Positions 26,640 to 36,697 of a DNA stretch of 64,000 nucleotides are shown piece by piece (the stretch's first letter is position 1; each line of letters begins with the position of its first letter). A program made the position numbers and the translations under genes. The notes beneath the pieces are model-generated. The model saw only the letters and a program-made list of their open reading frames with translations, was not told the DNA's origin and did no database searches. Source of the DNA: Candidatus Buchananbacteria bacterium (lineage in GTDB: Bacteria > Patescibacteriota > Patescibacteriia > Buchananbacterales > UBA6539); assembly GCA_013359225.1 (NCBI GenBank), contig JABWCG010000004.1:1550-65549 (forward strand). The letters are read 5' to 3'.

Positions 26640-28282
26640 AAAACTTGATAAATTATTACTTCGCTGTTGCGATACACCTCCTGTAAATACGTTTTAGAAG
26701 ATGGATCATAATCCCCCAAAGCCCGTTCGTCCGGACCGTAATAAATCAAGGTAATGCCGCGCTGGGTTAAAAATGATTTTTCCGTTTCGTCGGGCCGGTT
26801 AGTTTCAAAAAACCAGTTTACTTCTCCCTGCTTAAAATTAAAAAACGGAGTTTCGACTCCGTGTCCGACATAGACACGCTGATTAGCGAAAGCTGGTAAA
26901 ACATTAATGATGTTTGCCGCTGTGTTTAAAACAACGCCCTCTGGCACCTGCTCCAGCCAGCGGGCCGCTACCACCTTTGACTGTTCCAAATATGACAAGT
27001 TCAGATGATTGGTGTACATATAGTAATTAACGGCAATGTGAAAAACGTTTGAAGTAATCAGTAAAAACCCTAAAGTGAATGAGAGCCCGTACCGCTTTTG
27101 GTATAACATCCTGGCCACTGGATGACGGCTGGTCGTCATCCAAACAGACAGCTGTATTAATGCCACAGTCGCCAAAAGTGCCAACGGAACGTGTAACCCT
27201 TGGGTCATGCGGCGCTGCCATGGCACCGGAGCAAAAATCAACAGTCCCTGAAACACCAACCAGGTTATTAAAAAAATCTCAGTGGTTGATTGCTTGCCTC
27301 TCTTGATATACCACCCCACCGCTCCCGCGGCTAAAATAAGCAACAAACCATAGCTAACCAAAACAATCCACCACGGTGGCGTTAGGGTCAAATTCTGCAA
27401 TGTTTTTTGACTAATAACCGGATCAATCTTGATTAATAACAAATAATAAAACACTGACGGGAAAGCCAGCACGCTAAAAATAAAATAGTACCAAAATAAC
27501 GGCCAATGCCAAGCCCGATCGCGCACTACCAGCACTAGAAAAAAAATCAAGATAAAACCATAGATGGTTAAAACGTGAAAAGGATGAAAAGAAAAAAGCG
27601 CTAACCCGATTAGTCCGGCGACAACAGGATACCAATAATTAGCCTGAAGCGTAAACAAAAGCGTTAACCAGAAAATAAGTAAAATCAGAATTGATGAAGC
27701 AATAAAATGCGGCGAATAGTGCAAAGTCAGATAGGTAAAGGCTTCCGGCACCCATAAATCAAGCGGCCAATTGAATTGCCCGTTGGAAAAATTATTCGGA
27801 TATCGAATAAGGCGGTCAATTAAAAGCAACCCCAGCCCAGAACTGAAGCTCAACATAATAATGCTCAGCTTCCTTTTAACTAAATCCGAAAAAATAGTTG
27901 CAATCAATAGATACGCCGTCGCCATAAAAACCGGAATCAACATAATACGAGCGGCCTGAAACGCCACAAATGCCGATAGATCAAAAATTCGAGCCAGCCA
28001 GCCGACCGCTAACCAACAGATATTCAAGGTTGGCAGCTGATGGTCGGCTGAAAACAAATTATCAAACAAAATTTTACCGCTTTTAGCCTGATTGATGTAT
28101 GAATAATATACAAACCAGTCATTAGGGGCCGAAAAATGCACCCCCATAAAAACCTTGTCGGAAGGCGTAATTAAAAAACCATAGACCAACGGTGCGGTAG
28201 TAATCACAATCAAAAATAAACTTAAAAGAATGACCAGGCGCCATTCCTTTTTACTAATTGATCGAAAAATTTGCTTAATCAT
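26636..28282 (-). CDS. Polytopic membrane protein, putative GT-C glycosyltransferase (paralogue B)
   Basis: PNDWFVYYSYINQA, FSSGLG, WPLDLWVPEA, FHPF, GHGVET; tandem paralogue of the previous gene. Confidence 0.7.
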   Translation of the reverse strand: MIKQIFRSISKKEWRLVILLSLFLIVITTAPLVYGFLITPSDKVFMGVHFSAPNDWFVYYSYINQAKSGKILFDNLFSADHQLPTLNICWLAVGWLARIFDLSAFVAFQAARIMLIPVFMATAYLLIATIFSDLVKRKLSIIMLSFSSGLGLLLIDRLIRYPNNFSNGQFNWPLDLWVPEAFTYLTLHYSPHFIASSILILLIFWLTLLFTLQANYWYPVVAGLIGLALFSFHPFHVLTIYGFILIFFLVLVVRDRAWHWPLFWYYFIFSVLAFPSVFYYLLLIKIDPVISQKTLQNLTLTPPWWIVLVSYGLLLILAAGAVGWYIKRGKQSTTEIFLITWLVFQGLLIFAPVPWQRRMTQGLHVPLALLATVALIQLSVWMTTSRHPVARMLYQKRYGLSFTLGFLLITSNVFHIAVNYYMYTNHLNLSYLEQSKVVAARWLEQVPEGVVLNTAANIINVLPAFANQRVYVGHGVETPFFNFKQGEVNWFFETNRPDETEKSFLTQRGITLIYYGPDERALGDYDPSSKTYLQEVYRNSEVIIYQVL

Positions 28283-28970
28283 GGTAATTAAAACGATAAA
28301 CAATCAACAACCATAATGCCTTACATCCATCAATCCAGCTGATTTTTTTACCTTCATTAAATTGTCGTGGCCGGTAGCTGATTGGCAGCTCTAAAATCTT
28401 AATTCCCTGCCTTAGAACTTTTGCCGTTACCTCAACCTCAAATCCAAAATCATTTTGTCGTAACGACAGCTGACGTAACAATGGGCCGCTAAAAACCTTA
28501 TAACACGTTTCAACGTCCGTAATCTGCGCCCGATATAAAACCTGAGCCAGCCACGAAATTAGCTTATTGCCCAAATAATAACTCAAATGCCCGACCGGAT
28601 TTTTGCTAATCATCCGCGAACCGTACGCCACCTTTGCCTGCCCCCGAACTATCGCCTGAACCAATGGTTCAAGATCAGGGGGGCTATATTCCAAATCAGC
28701 ATCCTGAATCGCCACAATATCACCGGTAGTGTGTTTAAATCCCTGCCGCAAGGCCGCACCCTTACCCTGATTGTGTTCGCTGAAAATAACACGCCAGTTT
28801 GGTCGGTTGATCATTTTTAACAAATCAATCGTGCCGTCAGTTGAACCGTCATCGACAATTACCACCTCTTTATCCAAGCCGGTAATCTCCAGCCGGTCCA
28901 CCTTGTTTAAAATTTCCGCAATGTACTTTTTCTCATTATAAACCGGGATAACAATAGAAAGCGTTGGCAT
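28275..28970 (-). CDS. Glycosyltransferase family 2 (DPM/DPG-synthase-like)
   Basis: LSIVIPVYNE, VDDGSTDGT, NQGKGAAL, QDADLEY. Confidence 0.9.
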   Translation of the reverse strand: MPTLSIVIPVYNEKKYIAEILNKVDRLEITGLDKEVVIVDDGSTDGTIDLLKMINRPNWRVIFSEHNQGKGAALRQGFKHTTGDIVAIQDADLEYSPPDLEPLVQAIVRGQAKVAYGSRMISKNPVGHLSYYLGNKLISWLAQVLYRAQITDVETCYKVFSGPLLRQLSLRQNDFGFEVEVTAKVLRQGIKILELPISYRPRQFNEGKKISWIDGCKALWLLIVYRFNYHD

Positions 28971-28974
28971 ACCC

Positions 28975-29685
28975 TTAACGAGATTTTTGATTCCTTAGTT
29001 TTAAAACTTTCCAAAAACTTTCGATGATAATTTTGATGCTAAATTTAGACTTGCCTTCGGCTCGTTCCGTAAAAATAATAGGAATCTCAACAATTTTATA
29101 CCCGGCTAAATGAACCTTATACGTGGTTTCAATTTGAAAGTTGTACCCCACCGAACTAAAATCAGCTAAACCAATTTTCTCTAAAACGGTCCGGCGATAA
29201 CACTTAAATCCTCCCGTCAAATCGTGATATGGTAGCCCTAAAACAGCTCGGGCATACAAATTACCAAAACGGCTAATCAACCGACGGCTCCAATTCCAGT
29301 TAGTTACTCCGCCGCCGGCAATATAGCGAGAACCAAGCACTAAATCGGCCGATTCAATCGCACGTAAAAAGTCTGGGATATATTTAGGATCATGGGAAAA
29401 GTCAGCATCCATCTCAAAAATATACTCCGCACCAGCCCGTAATGCATGCTCAAATCCGGCCAGATAAGCCCGCCCAAGCCCGTCTTTGGTCTGACGGCTC
29501 AGCAGCTCCAGATTGGCAAAGCGAGACTGAAGCGACGTAACCAGTTCACCGGTCCGGTCCGGAGAATTGTCGTCAACAATCAAAACATGCACATCATTAA
29601 TCCCTAAGGCAAAAATTGTTTCAAGTAGCCTTTGGACGTTTCCTCGCTCATTATATGTTGGAATAACTAAGTATGTTTTAGCCAT
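28975..29685 (-). CDS. Polyprenol-monophosphomannose synthase (Ppm1/Dpm1-like, GT2)
   Basis: VIPTYNERGN, VDDNSPDRTG, GLGRAYLAGF, EMDADFSHDP, DLTGGFKCYRR. Confidence 0.9.
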   Translation of the reverse strand: MAKTYLVIPTYNERGNVQRLLETIFALGINDVHVLIVDDNSPDRTGELVTSLQSRFANLELLSRQTKDGLGRAYLAGFEHALRAGAEYIFEMDADFSHDPKYIPDFLRAIESADLVLGSRYIAGGGVTNWNWSRRLISRFGNLYARAVLGLPYHDLTGGFKCYRRTVLEKIGLADFSSVGYNFQIETTYKVHLAGYKIVEIPIIFTERAEGKSKFSIKIIIESFWKVLKLRNQKSR

Positions 29686-29687
29686 AT

Positions 29688-30398
29688 TTACATAAGTCTT
29701 TTTCGCAACTCCAAAACGTGTTTAAGATACGCCAGTGCCAGTGACCACGGCTTAACGCGACTTTTATCTGACCCTTCGCGCGGATCTTGCCAAATCACCG
29801 GTATTTCTTTAATGCGATAGCCCTGATGGGCGGCCAAAATTAAGAGCTCCGAATCAAAAAACCACTGGTCATTTTGCACGTGGGGTAATAAATTTTCTTT
29901 AATTTTACTATTAATTGCCTTAAACCCACAAGGCGCGTCTTTAACTCGCAGACCAACCAATAATCGCAAAGCCAAGCGATAGCCCAAAGAAAATACCCGG
30001 CGCGTTAACGATCTTTTCACCAGCGAATCAGGGTGGTACCGGCTGCCGACCGCTAAATCATACCCGCTGGCCAAGCCGTCGATTAAAGCGGGCAAAGCAG
30101 CTAAATCGGTAGCCAAATCGGCGTCCATAAAACAATATACGTCGGCTGAAAAATTATTCCAGCCCGCTCGAATAGCCGCACCCTTGCCCCTCACTGGAAC
30201 CATTAAATATTTAACCTGAAAAAATTTTGCCGCCAACGATTGAACAATCAAAGCGGTCTGATCTGTTGATTGGTTGTCAGCGACGACTACCTCCCAATCG
30301 ACTGTTAGATTTTTTGAAGCAAAGCTAACCACACGCTCAACCGTTGACTGAATGAGCGTTTCCTCATTATAAGCAGGAATAACGATTAAAACTTTCAT
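29688..30398 (-). CDS. Polyprenyl-phosphate glucosyltransferase-like GT2
   Basis: VIPAYNEE, ADNQSTD, GKGAAI, MDADLATD, DAPCGFK, WFFDSELL. Confidence 0.88.
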   Translation of the reverse strand: MKVLIVIPAYNEETLIQSTVERVVSFASKNLTVDWEVVVADNQSTDQTALIVQSLAAKFFQVKYLMVPVRGKGAAIRAGWNNFSADVYCFMDADLATDLAALPALIDGLASGYDLAVGSRYHPDSLVKRSLTRRVFSLGYRLALRLLVGLRVKDAPCGFKAINSKIKENLLPHVQNDQWFFDSELLILAAHQGYRIKEIPVIWQDPREGSDKSRVKPWSLALAYLKHVLELRKRLM

Positions 30399-31759
30399 AT
30401 GATTTTAAACTTGTTTTCCCGACGGACGAAATAATAAAAGCCAAAAACCAATGTTGGGATAATCATTGCCACTGGCATTAAAACCGACGAATATGGCGAG
30501 ATGATAACAAAGCCGGTCAAAAAAACCGCGGGCAAATAAAAAAATTTTTTTGATAAAAACATTAACGGTATCAACCAAATCAAATATTTCGGATAAAACC
30601 AAAACTTGGCCAGCAGCAAAAACCAGCTTAAAATGATCACGCTGCTGTACACCATGGTTGACGCCGTCATCTCCATAACGCGCCAAAACCGATACAAAGT
30701 CAACGCATAAATGGCGACAAAAAATAATTCAAAAATCACCTTCAAAGAATACCATTCCAAAGTCGGACTGACAAAATAAAATATAATGCTAACTAACCCC
30801 GGAAATGAATTAACATCAAAAAATCGCCCGACCCAAACTACCCCATCTAGCGTGCCGGCCCCCTGCCAAAACGGGGCAAAAAATCCAAGCGTCATCAAGA
30901 CCAGGGTTGCTGTTTGATATGCAGCCACTTTTAACTTAGCTCCTGTAGTCGACTGACGACGCCAAAAATATATCAAAAAAATTGGTACTAATAAAATAGT
31001 GACATACTTAATCAAAACCGACAAACCAAGAGCAGCAATCGCTAAAACGGGTCTTTCTTTAATCGCCAAATACACCGCCGCCAGCAGCCAAAACACCAAT
31101 AAGATATCAGTGCCACCTCCGGCAAACGTACCAAACAGTATTAACGGATTCCACGCACACAGCAAATAAATAAAAATAGCCTTGGCAGGATCAAACTGCC
31201 GGGCAATCTGATATGCCAGCCAAGCTGACAGCGCCGTAAATACGGCAAATATAACTTTGTATAAAAAAATCCCAATAACAATGCTCCCCTGGCTTAACCA
31301 GGCTGCCGGTACTGTCAATAAAAACCGTGCTGGGCCGTGCTGGGCCGGTAAAAACTGCCAGCCACTCAAGACTGCCAGCGGCTCGTGCGGCACATTAAGT
31401 GGGGCAACAAAATACGGATTTTGCTGGTACTTAACAATCACGATATCTTCAAAAAAATAATGGTAAAAATCATTGTATTCCCCCGGCACCATCAACACCA
31501 TGATCAGTATAAAAACAGCTCCAAAAAATAAAATGGTTTGAAGCTCGTCACGTTTCCAAGAATGATTTTGATAAAATTGAAACAACAAAAAATAAACTAC
31601 ATACAACCCCAATAAGGCCATTGAGGTTATGACATATGCTGAATCTAAATAATCAAACCGATTAATAATCAGAGCGAGGACGAAATAAAAAAAGGCCGAA
31701 ATCAGCCCCCACATCACCAATGGCTTGTTAAATAAAAAATTTTTAAACATGTTATTCAT
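30395..31759 (-). CDS. GT-C membrane glycosyltransferase (GT87/MptA-like)
   Basis: DFYHY, NPYFVAP, HGP, AWNPL, SVLIKY motifs; alternative start at 31750. Confidence 0.72.
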   Translation of the reverse strand: MNNMFKNFLFNKPLVMWGLISAFFYFVLALIINRFDYLDSAYVITSMALLGLYVVYFLLFQFYQNHSWKRDELQTILFFGAVFILIMVLMVPGEYNDFYHYFFEDIVIVKYQQNPYFVAPLNVPHEPLAVLSGWQFLPAQHGPARFLLTVPAAWLSQGSIVIGIFLYKVIFAVFTALSAWLAYQIARQFDPAKAIFIYLLCAWNPLILFGTFAGGGTDILLVFWLLAAVYLAIKERPVLAIAALGLSVLIKYVTILLVPIFLIYFWRRQSTTGAKLKVAAYQTATLVLMTLGFFAPFWQGAGTLDGVVWVGRFFDVNSFPGLVSIIFYFVSPTLEWYSLKVIFELFFVAIYALTLYRFWRVMEMTASTMVYSSVIILSWFLLLAKFWFYPKYLIWLIPLMFLSKKFFYLPAVFLTGFVIISPYSSVLMPVAMIIPTLVFGFYYFVRRENKFKII

Positions 31760-33314
31760 TCAACCGATATATCTTTGCCTCTTGATTACTAAACACTTCC
31801 TCAAACAACGGCTCGTCCGCCAAATGGTTGGCAAAAGATTCATTTTGCTTAATGTCAACAAAAACATACCGAGCATTATACAAATTCTTGATTTTAACAT
31901 ACAAATCCTGATCATCGTGTCCCGTTACAATGTCAACCCAGCGCTGATGTAGCCCCGGATCATATTCATACATAAACGTCGGGTCTAAGCCGACCAAATA
32001 ATAATTTTGGTCGTTATGATAAAACAAAATCGGAAATTCATCCCAATCACTGTGAAATACCACGTCACCAGGCTGACTATTTTCCTTCAACCAGCGCGCC
32101 GGCTCTTCAAATTTATTAAAAGCAAAACCGCGGCGGTAAAAATCCTTGACCGATGCTAAGTCGCGGGCCGCCACCGGTATTAACCCAATCACGATAACGG
32201 CAAAAAGCAGCCAAAGATATTTGCGCGAAATCAGGCGAACAATTTCTCCTTCAAATTGACGCACCAATACGTTAAGGCTCAGTGCCGAAAAAATTAAAGC
32301 CAGGGGGATAAAATACTCAACATAACGACGCGATTTTAAGGTGAGGGCAAAAAACAAAAAACTGACCACTAGAAAAAACCAAGAGTTCATCGGCTGCTTG
32401 TCATAAAAAATAATGAACGCTAGCAAGGCAATCAACACTAGGGCAAAAAAAGGAATTGCACTAGCCAATAAATCTAGCGGGCTGTATGGGTACCACTCAG
32501 CGCCAACATCAATAATATACTGATAATTAACCACAGCGATCTTAAATGACTGCTGCCAATAAAAATTAAGGTTGGTTGGAAAATAGGGGCTAAAGAATAA
32601 CCCGGCAGCAAGCCCGATTACAATACTTAAAAGCAGCCAGGCGTTCTGCCAATGCAATTTTAACCGGTCAAGCTTGAACTTGAACCAGCCGCGCTGTGAT
32701 ATATTCCAAAACCAGTTAACTGCCGCGTATAAAAATCCCAATAATAGCAATAAAGGCCAACCAGCATACGACCAAACGTACACACAGGAAACCAAAATCA
32801 GCCCGATATAATTACGTCGCAACAAGAAAAATAAAAATAAAAACAGCAGCAGCAGCACAACCTGCTGGGCTTTTGCCAGGCTCAAGCGAAATACAAACGG
32901 GTTAACAGTAATTAGAAACAAAGCATACCAAAATGCTCCCCTAACCTGCAGGCTGCGTAAAAACCAAAATAGTGCCAAAATAGTCAGGCTAGAAAAAATA
33001 ACCGTAAACACCTTAAGCCCAATCAAAGGTGTTAACAACAAAACAAACGGCACCAAAAGAATATGGTATAAAAAGTGATGGTCAATAAATCCACGCGCCA
33101 AGGTTGTCACCGAAAGCCATGGAAATTCGGTAATTGCTCCCTTGGTAATTAAAAACTCGGTTAGCTTAGCATGATAAAAAGAATCCGGATCAGCAAATGT
33201 CTGATCAAAATGCAGATAACCAAAAATACCAAGGCCAATGATAAATAAAAGGCAATATAAAATATACGGCCGATGATTCAAAAAAGTAACTATACTATTG
33301 ATGGCTCGTCCCAT
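31752..33314 (-). CDS. Polytopic membrane protein, putative GT-C glycosyltransferase
   Basis: DPDSFYHAK, FPWL, DHHFLYH, VGAEW, HSDWDEF, GLDPTF motifs. Confidence 0.7.
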   Translation of the reverse strand: MGRAINSIVTFLNHRPYILYCLLFIIGLGIFGYLHFDQTFADPDSFYHAKLTEFLITKGAITEFPWLSVTTLARGFIDHHFLYHILLVPFVLLLTPLIGLKVFTVIFSSLTILALFWFLRSLQVRGAFWYALFLITVNPFVFRLSLAKAQQVVLLLLFLFLFFLLRRNYIGLILVSCVYVWSYAGWPLLLLLGFLYAAVNWFWNISQRGWFKFKLDRLKLHWQNAWLLLSIVIGLAAGLFFSPYFPTNLNFYWQQSFKIAVVNYQYIIDVGAEWYPYSPLDLLASAIPFFALVLIALLAFIIFYDKQPMNSWFFLVVSFLFFALTLKSRRYVEYFIPLALIFSALSLNVLVRQFEGEIVRLISRKYLWLLFAVIVIGLIPVAARDLASVKDFYRRGFAFNKFEEPARWLKENSQPGDVVFHSDWDEFPILFYHNDQNYYLVGLDPTFMYEYDPGLHQRWVDIVTGHDDQDLYVKIKNLYNARYVFVDIKQNESFANHLADEPLFEEVFSNQEAKIYRLNE

Positions 33315-33316
33315 AC

Positions 33317-34396
33317 TTAACGCTGTCTATCAAGCTGACGTTTAAAGTAATCAACCCACGGAATAAGGTTTGGATTAATATTATTAAGCAATGCTAAATA
33401 AAAAGTGGCATAACTGCCAAGCGATAAAATCTCTAACGCCTGACCCAACCGATCTTGCGCAGTGACAGTATACGACAGCTGTTTAATGGCATTCTTACGG
33501 ACTACCTGTTTAGTCACTGAGAATCGCAACTGGTTTTTGGGGTAGTAAAGCTTTGACTCAAAAAACATAAACAGCAGACTGGTCCGATTCGTTTTTGGAT
33601 TTTTTAAACTTTCTAGTAGATGGTGGTTAAGTTCGGGAATGGCATAATAGGTTGAAAACGTTTTACCGGTTTCATTAGTTTGATTGGCAAAAATATGGGC
33701 GGTGCCAACCAGATGTTCCGACGCCACTATCACCGCCGCATTGCCGGCCAAAGCTAGCGCCATCTTTTTTGCCGGATTCTTAGACTGGGTGACAGAAAAA
33801 CCAAAGCGCTGGTTACATTTTTTCAGTAAAGCTAATTGCTGCTTGATATCAAAGTCGGTTATTCGTAAGAGCCCTAGTTTATTAAACAGTGCTAGCTGAG
33901 CCGTCAGCGAATAGCCCAACCCTAATCGCGGCTGACCGGACGGATTAGCAACCGGGTCAAAAACAAAACCAGGGATTTTACCGGAAGTAATCAGCTGCCC
34001 AAGCTTGCCCCCGGCGGCAATGCCAAAAATTTTAGCACCACGACGCCTGGCTTCGGCGATTGTCGCCAACGGTTCTTCTGTATTACCCGAATAACTTGAA
34101 ACGATATATAGGGTTTTATTATCTATATAGCCTGGCAACTCATAGCTGTTCACAATCACAAACGGCTTTTGTAGCTCTTTGAAATAAACCGAGGACAATA
34201 AATGCGCCCCTAATTGAGAGCCTCCCATCCCATTAAGCACAATTTTATTAATCTGCCGATATGATTTTGGCACACTCACTTTCTTAAAATCGCGCCAGGC
34301 AGAGGCCACTTGTTCTCCCAGCTGCGCTACCGCCTCAAGCGCGTGCCCCGGGTCCAGTTTGGCAACTATTTTTTCATCATCTAAACGACTAGTCAT
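33317..34396 (-). CDS. Bifunctional phosphoglucose/phosphomannose isomerase (SIS domain)
   Basis: GMGGS, SSYSGNTEE, GQPR, NETGK, PELNHH motifs. Confidence 0.88.
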   Translation of the reverse strand: MTSRLDDEKIVAKLDPGHALEAVAQLGEQVASAWRDFKKVSVPKSYRQINKIVLNGMGGSQLGAHLLSSVYFKELQKPFVIVNSYELPGYIDNKTLYIVSSYSGNTEEPLATIAEARRRGAKIFGIAAGGKLGQLITSGKIPGFVFDPVANPSGQPRLGLGYSLTAQLALFNKLGLLRITDFDIKQQLALLKKCNQRFGFSVTQSKNPAKKMALALAGNAAVIVASEHLVGTAHIFANQTNETGKTFSTYYAIPELNHHLLESLKNPKTNRTSLLFMFFESKLYYPKNQLRFSVTKQVVRKNAIKQLSYTVTAQDRLGQALEILSLGSYATFYLALLNNINPNLIPWVDYFKRQLDRQR

Positions 34397-34524
34397 AATA
34401 ATAATTTATTTTTTATCGTTACTAAATTATACCACAAAAACTAAATAATCGCCATTGAAAAAAGGTTAAAAAATTGTTATAGTTACTAACGTAATTAATA
34501 AAAAATAACCAAAAAAGTCTTTGT

Positions 34525-35238
34525 ATGTCTGGACACAGTAAATGGCACCAAATCCATCGACAAAAAGGTGTCGCCGACGCTAAACGTGGGGCAATCTTCA
34601 CTAAACTAGGCAATAACATTACCGTTGCCGCCAAGCTTGGCGGCGGTGACCCTGATAGCAATTTTCGCTTACGCCTAGCTATTGACCAAGCCAAGGCCGC
34701 CAATATGCCCAAAGACAACATTGAGCGGGCAATTAAGCGGGGTACTGGTGAGCTAAACGACGGCAAAAAAATTGAAACTGTTAACTACGAGGGATATGGG
34801 CCGGATGCCACGGCTTTCATCATTGAAGCGCTAACCGACAATCGCAATCGCACGAGTTCAAATATTAAACACATCTTAAACAAAGCAGGTGGTCTCTTAG
34901 CCGGACCAAACAGTGTAGCCTGGATGTTCGAACAAAAAGGAGTAATTCGGATCAAAAACCTTGCCGAAGACCTTGAACTCCCCCTAATTGATGCTGGGGC
35001 ACAAGACATTGTTAAAGAAGATGGCGGCGTCACCATTTATACCGACCCAAGTAGTCTAAAAAAAGTAAAGGAGTTATTAGAACAACATGGCGTTGAAATT
35101 GATTATGCTGAAACCGAGCAAGTAGCTAAAGACAAAAAGGCGGTCAGCGAGGAGCAAAAAGAAAAAATCCAAAAACTTTTTGATGATCTTGATAACGACG
35201 AAGACGTCAGCAATTATTACACGAATGCCGAAATCTAG
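34525..35238 (+). CDS. yebC: YebC/PmpR family protein
   Basis: MSGHSKW, NMPKDNIERAI, YEGYGP, TDNRNRT. Confidence 0.95.
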   Translation: MSGHSKWHQIHRQKGVADAKRGAIFTKLGNNITVAAKLGGGDPDSNFRLRLAIDQAKAANMPKDNIERAIKRGTGELNDGKKIETVNYEGYGPDATAFIIEALTDNRNRTSSNIKHILNKAGGLLAGPNSVAWMFEQKGVIRIKNLAEDLELPLIDAGAQDIVKEDGGVTIYTDPSSLKKVKELLEQHGVEIDYAETEQVAKDKKAVSEEQKEKIQKLFDDLDNDEDVSNYYTNAEI

Positions 35239-35728
35239 TACAACGCCATTAGTCATTCTGGGCATTGACCCGGGCCTAGCCGACACTGGTTTTGGGGTTG
35301 TTCACCAAAGTGGTAATAAACTGAAAATGGTTGATTACGGTTCAATTAAAACTAAAGCTGGATTACCACTTGAAAAACGACTGCTAGAAATCCACGAATC
35401 GCTAGTGACATTAATTAAGGCTCACCGGCCAAGCGCCATTTCAATTGAGAAGCTGTTTTTTTGTAAAAACTTAAAAACGGCAATTGACGTGGGGCAGGCC
35501 CGAGGCGTGGTCTTACTGACCGCCGGACAATACCAGTTACAAATTAGCGAATTTACCCCTCTGGAAATAAAACTAGCACTAACCAGCTATGGCAAAGCCA
35601 GCAAAAATCAAATAAAACAAATGGTTAAAAATATCTTGCAACTGGAGAAACTGCCTAAATCCGATGACGCAGCCGATGCATTAGCTTCCGCCATTTGCTG
35701 TGCCCACTCATTAACAAAAATAAAATAA
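35225..35728 (+). CDS. ruvC: Crossover junction endodeoxyribonuclease RuvC
   Basis: ILGIDPG, IEKLFF, QARGV, DDAADALA. Confidence 0.95.
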   Translation: MPKSSTTPLVILGIDPGLADTGFGVVHQSGNKLKMVDYGSIKTKAGLPLEKRLLEIHESLVTLIKAHRPSAISIEKLFFCKNLKTAIDVGQARGVVLLTAGQYQLQISEFTPLEIKLALTSYGKASKNQIKQMVKNILQLEKLPKSDDAADALASAICCAHSLTKIK

Positions 35729-35734
35729 CCTTTT

Positions 35735-36670
35735 ATGAACAAATCTGAAATTCGCAAAGATTATATTCAAGATAAATATGTTATTATTGCGCCGCGACGC
35801 AACAATCGCCCGCACGACATTGAAAAACCAGTCCGACAGCCAGTCCCTAAAAAGGATTGCGTATTTTGTCCGAAAGCAGTCGATAAAAACAACACCGTTT
35901 TAGCCACCACTAAAAAAACAGCTGGGGCAAAAGAGCCCTGGGCCGTTAAGGTTATTGCTAATAAATTTCCGTCAGTAACTACTGACAACCCCAAAGCATA
36001 CGGCCGGCAAGAAGTTATTGTGGAAACCCCTAATCACCAGCATGAAACCGAAGAACTTTCCGACAGCCGGGTGGTTGAGATTTTAAAAACCTACGCCGAT
36101 CGGACCAAAAAAATATCTGAGGACAAAAAAATCGACTACATCTTGATTTTTAAAAATAACGGCGGCGCCGCCGGGGCATCGCTTCAACACGCCCACTCCC
36201 AAATTTTTGCCACCGAATTTTTGCCACCGAATTTACGGGATAAATCCGACAAAATCCATGATTACAAAATCAGAACCGGCCGGTGCGTCTTTTGCGATGT
36301 AATTAAAAAAGAAAAGACCGGGCCGCGGCTGATATTTCAGGACAAACATATGATTGCATTTTGCCCATATGCTTCGCGACACAACTATGAGGTTTGGCTC
36401 ATGCCTAAAAGACATCTGGATAACATTACTTTAATTAACGAACAAGAATTAAAAAGCTTCGCCCGATTTCTTAAAAAAATTCTTAAAAAAATTAATAAAT
36501 TAGGTTTGCCGTACAACTATTACTTTCATCAAGTAATCAAAGACGAAGACCAGCATTTTTACATGAAAATTACCCCGCGAGGTTCTGTTTGGGCTGGAGT
36601 GGAAATTGCCGCCGGACTCATTATCAATCCCATTGCTCCGGAAGAGGCGGCGAAATTTTATCGCCAATAA
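35735..36670 (+). CDS. galT: Galactose-1-phosphate uridylyltransferase (GalT/HIT family)
   Basis: R..RP, CVFC, NKFP, EVIVE, FKN.G..AGASLQHAHSQI. Confidence 0.8.
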   Translation: MNKSEIRKDYIQDKYVIIAPRRNNRPHDIEKPVRQPVPKKDCVFCPKAVDKNNTVLATTKKTAGAKEPWAVKVIANKFPSVTTDNPKAYGRQEVIVETPNHQHETEELSDSRVVEILKTYADRTKKISEDKKIDYILIFKNNGGAAGASLQHAHSQIFATEFLPPNLRDKSDKIHDYKIRTGRCVFCDVIKKEKTGPRLIFQDKHMIAFCPYASRHNYEVWLMPKRHLDNITLINEQELKSFARFLKKILKKINKLGLPYNYYFHQVIKDEDQHFYMKITPRGSVWAGVEIAAGLIINPIAPEEAAKFYRQ

Positions 36671-36697
36671 AAATTTTAATCTTTTAACTACACCACC

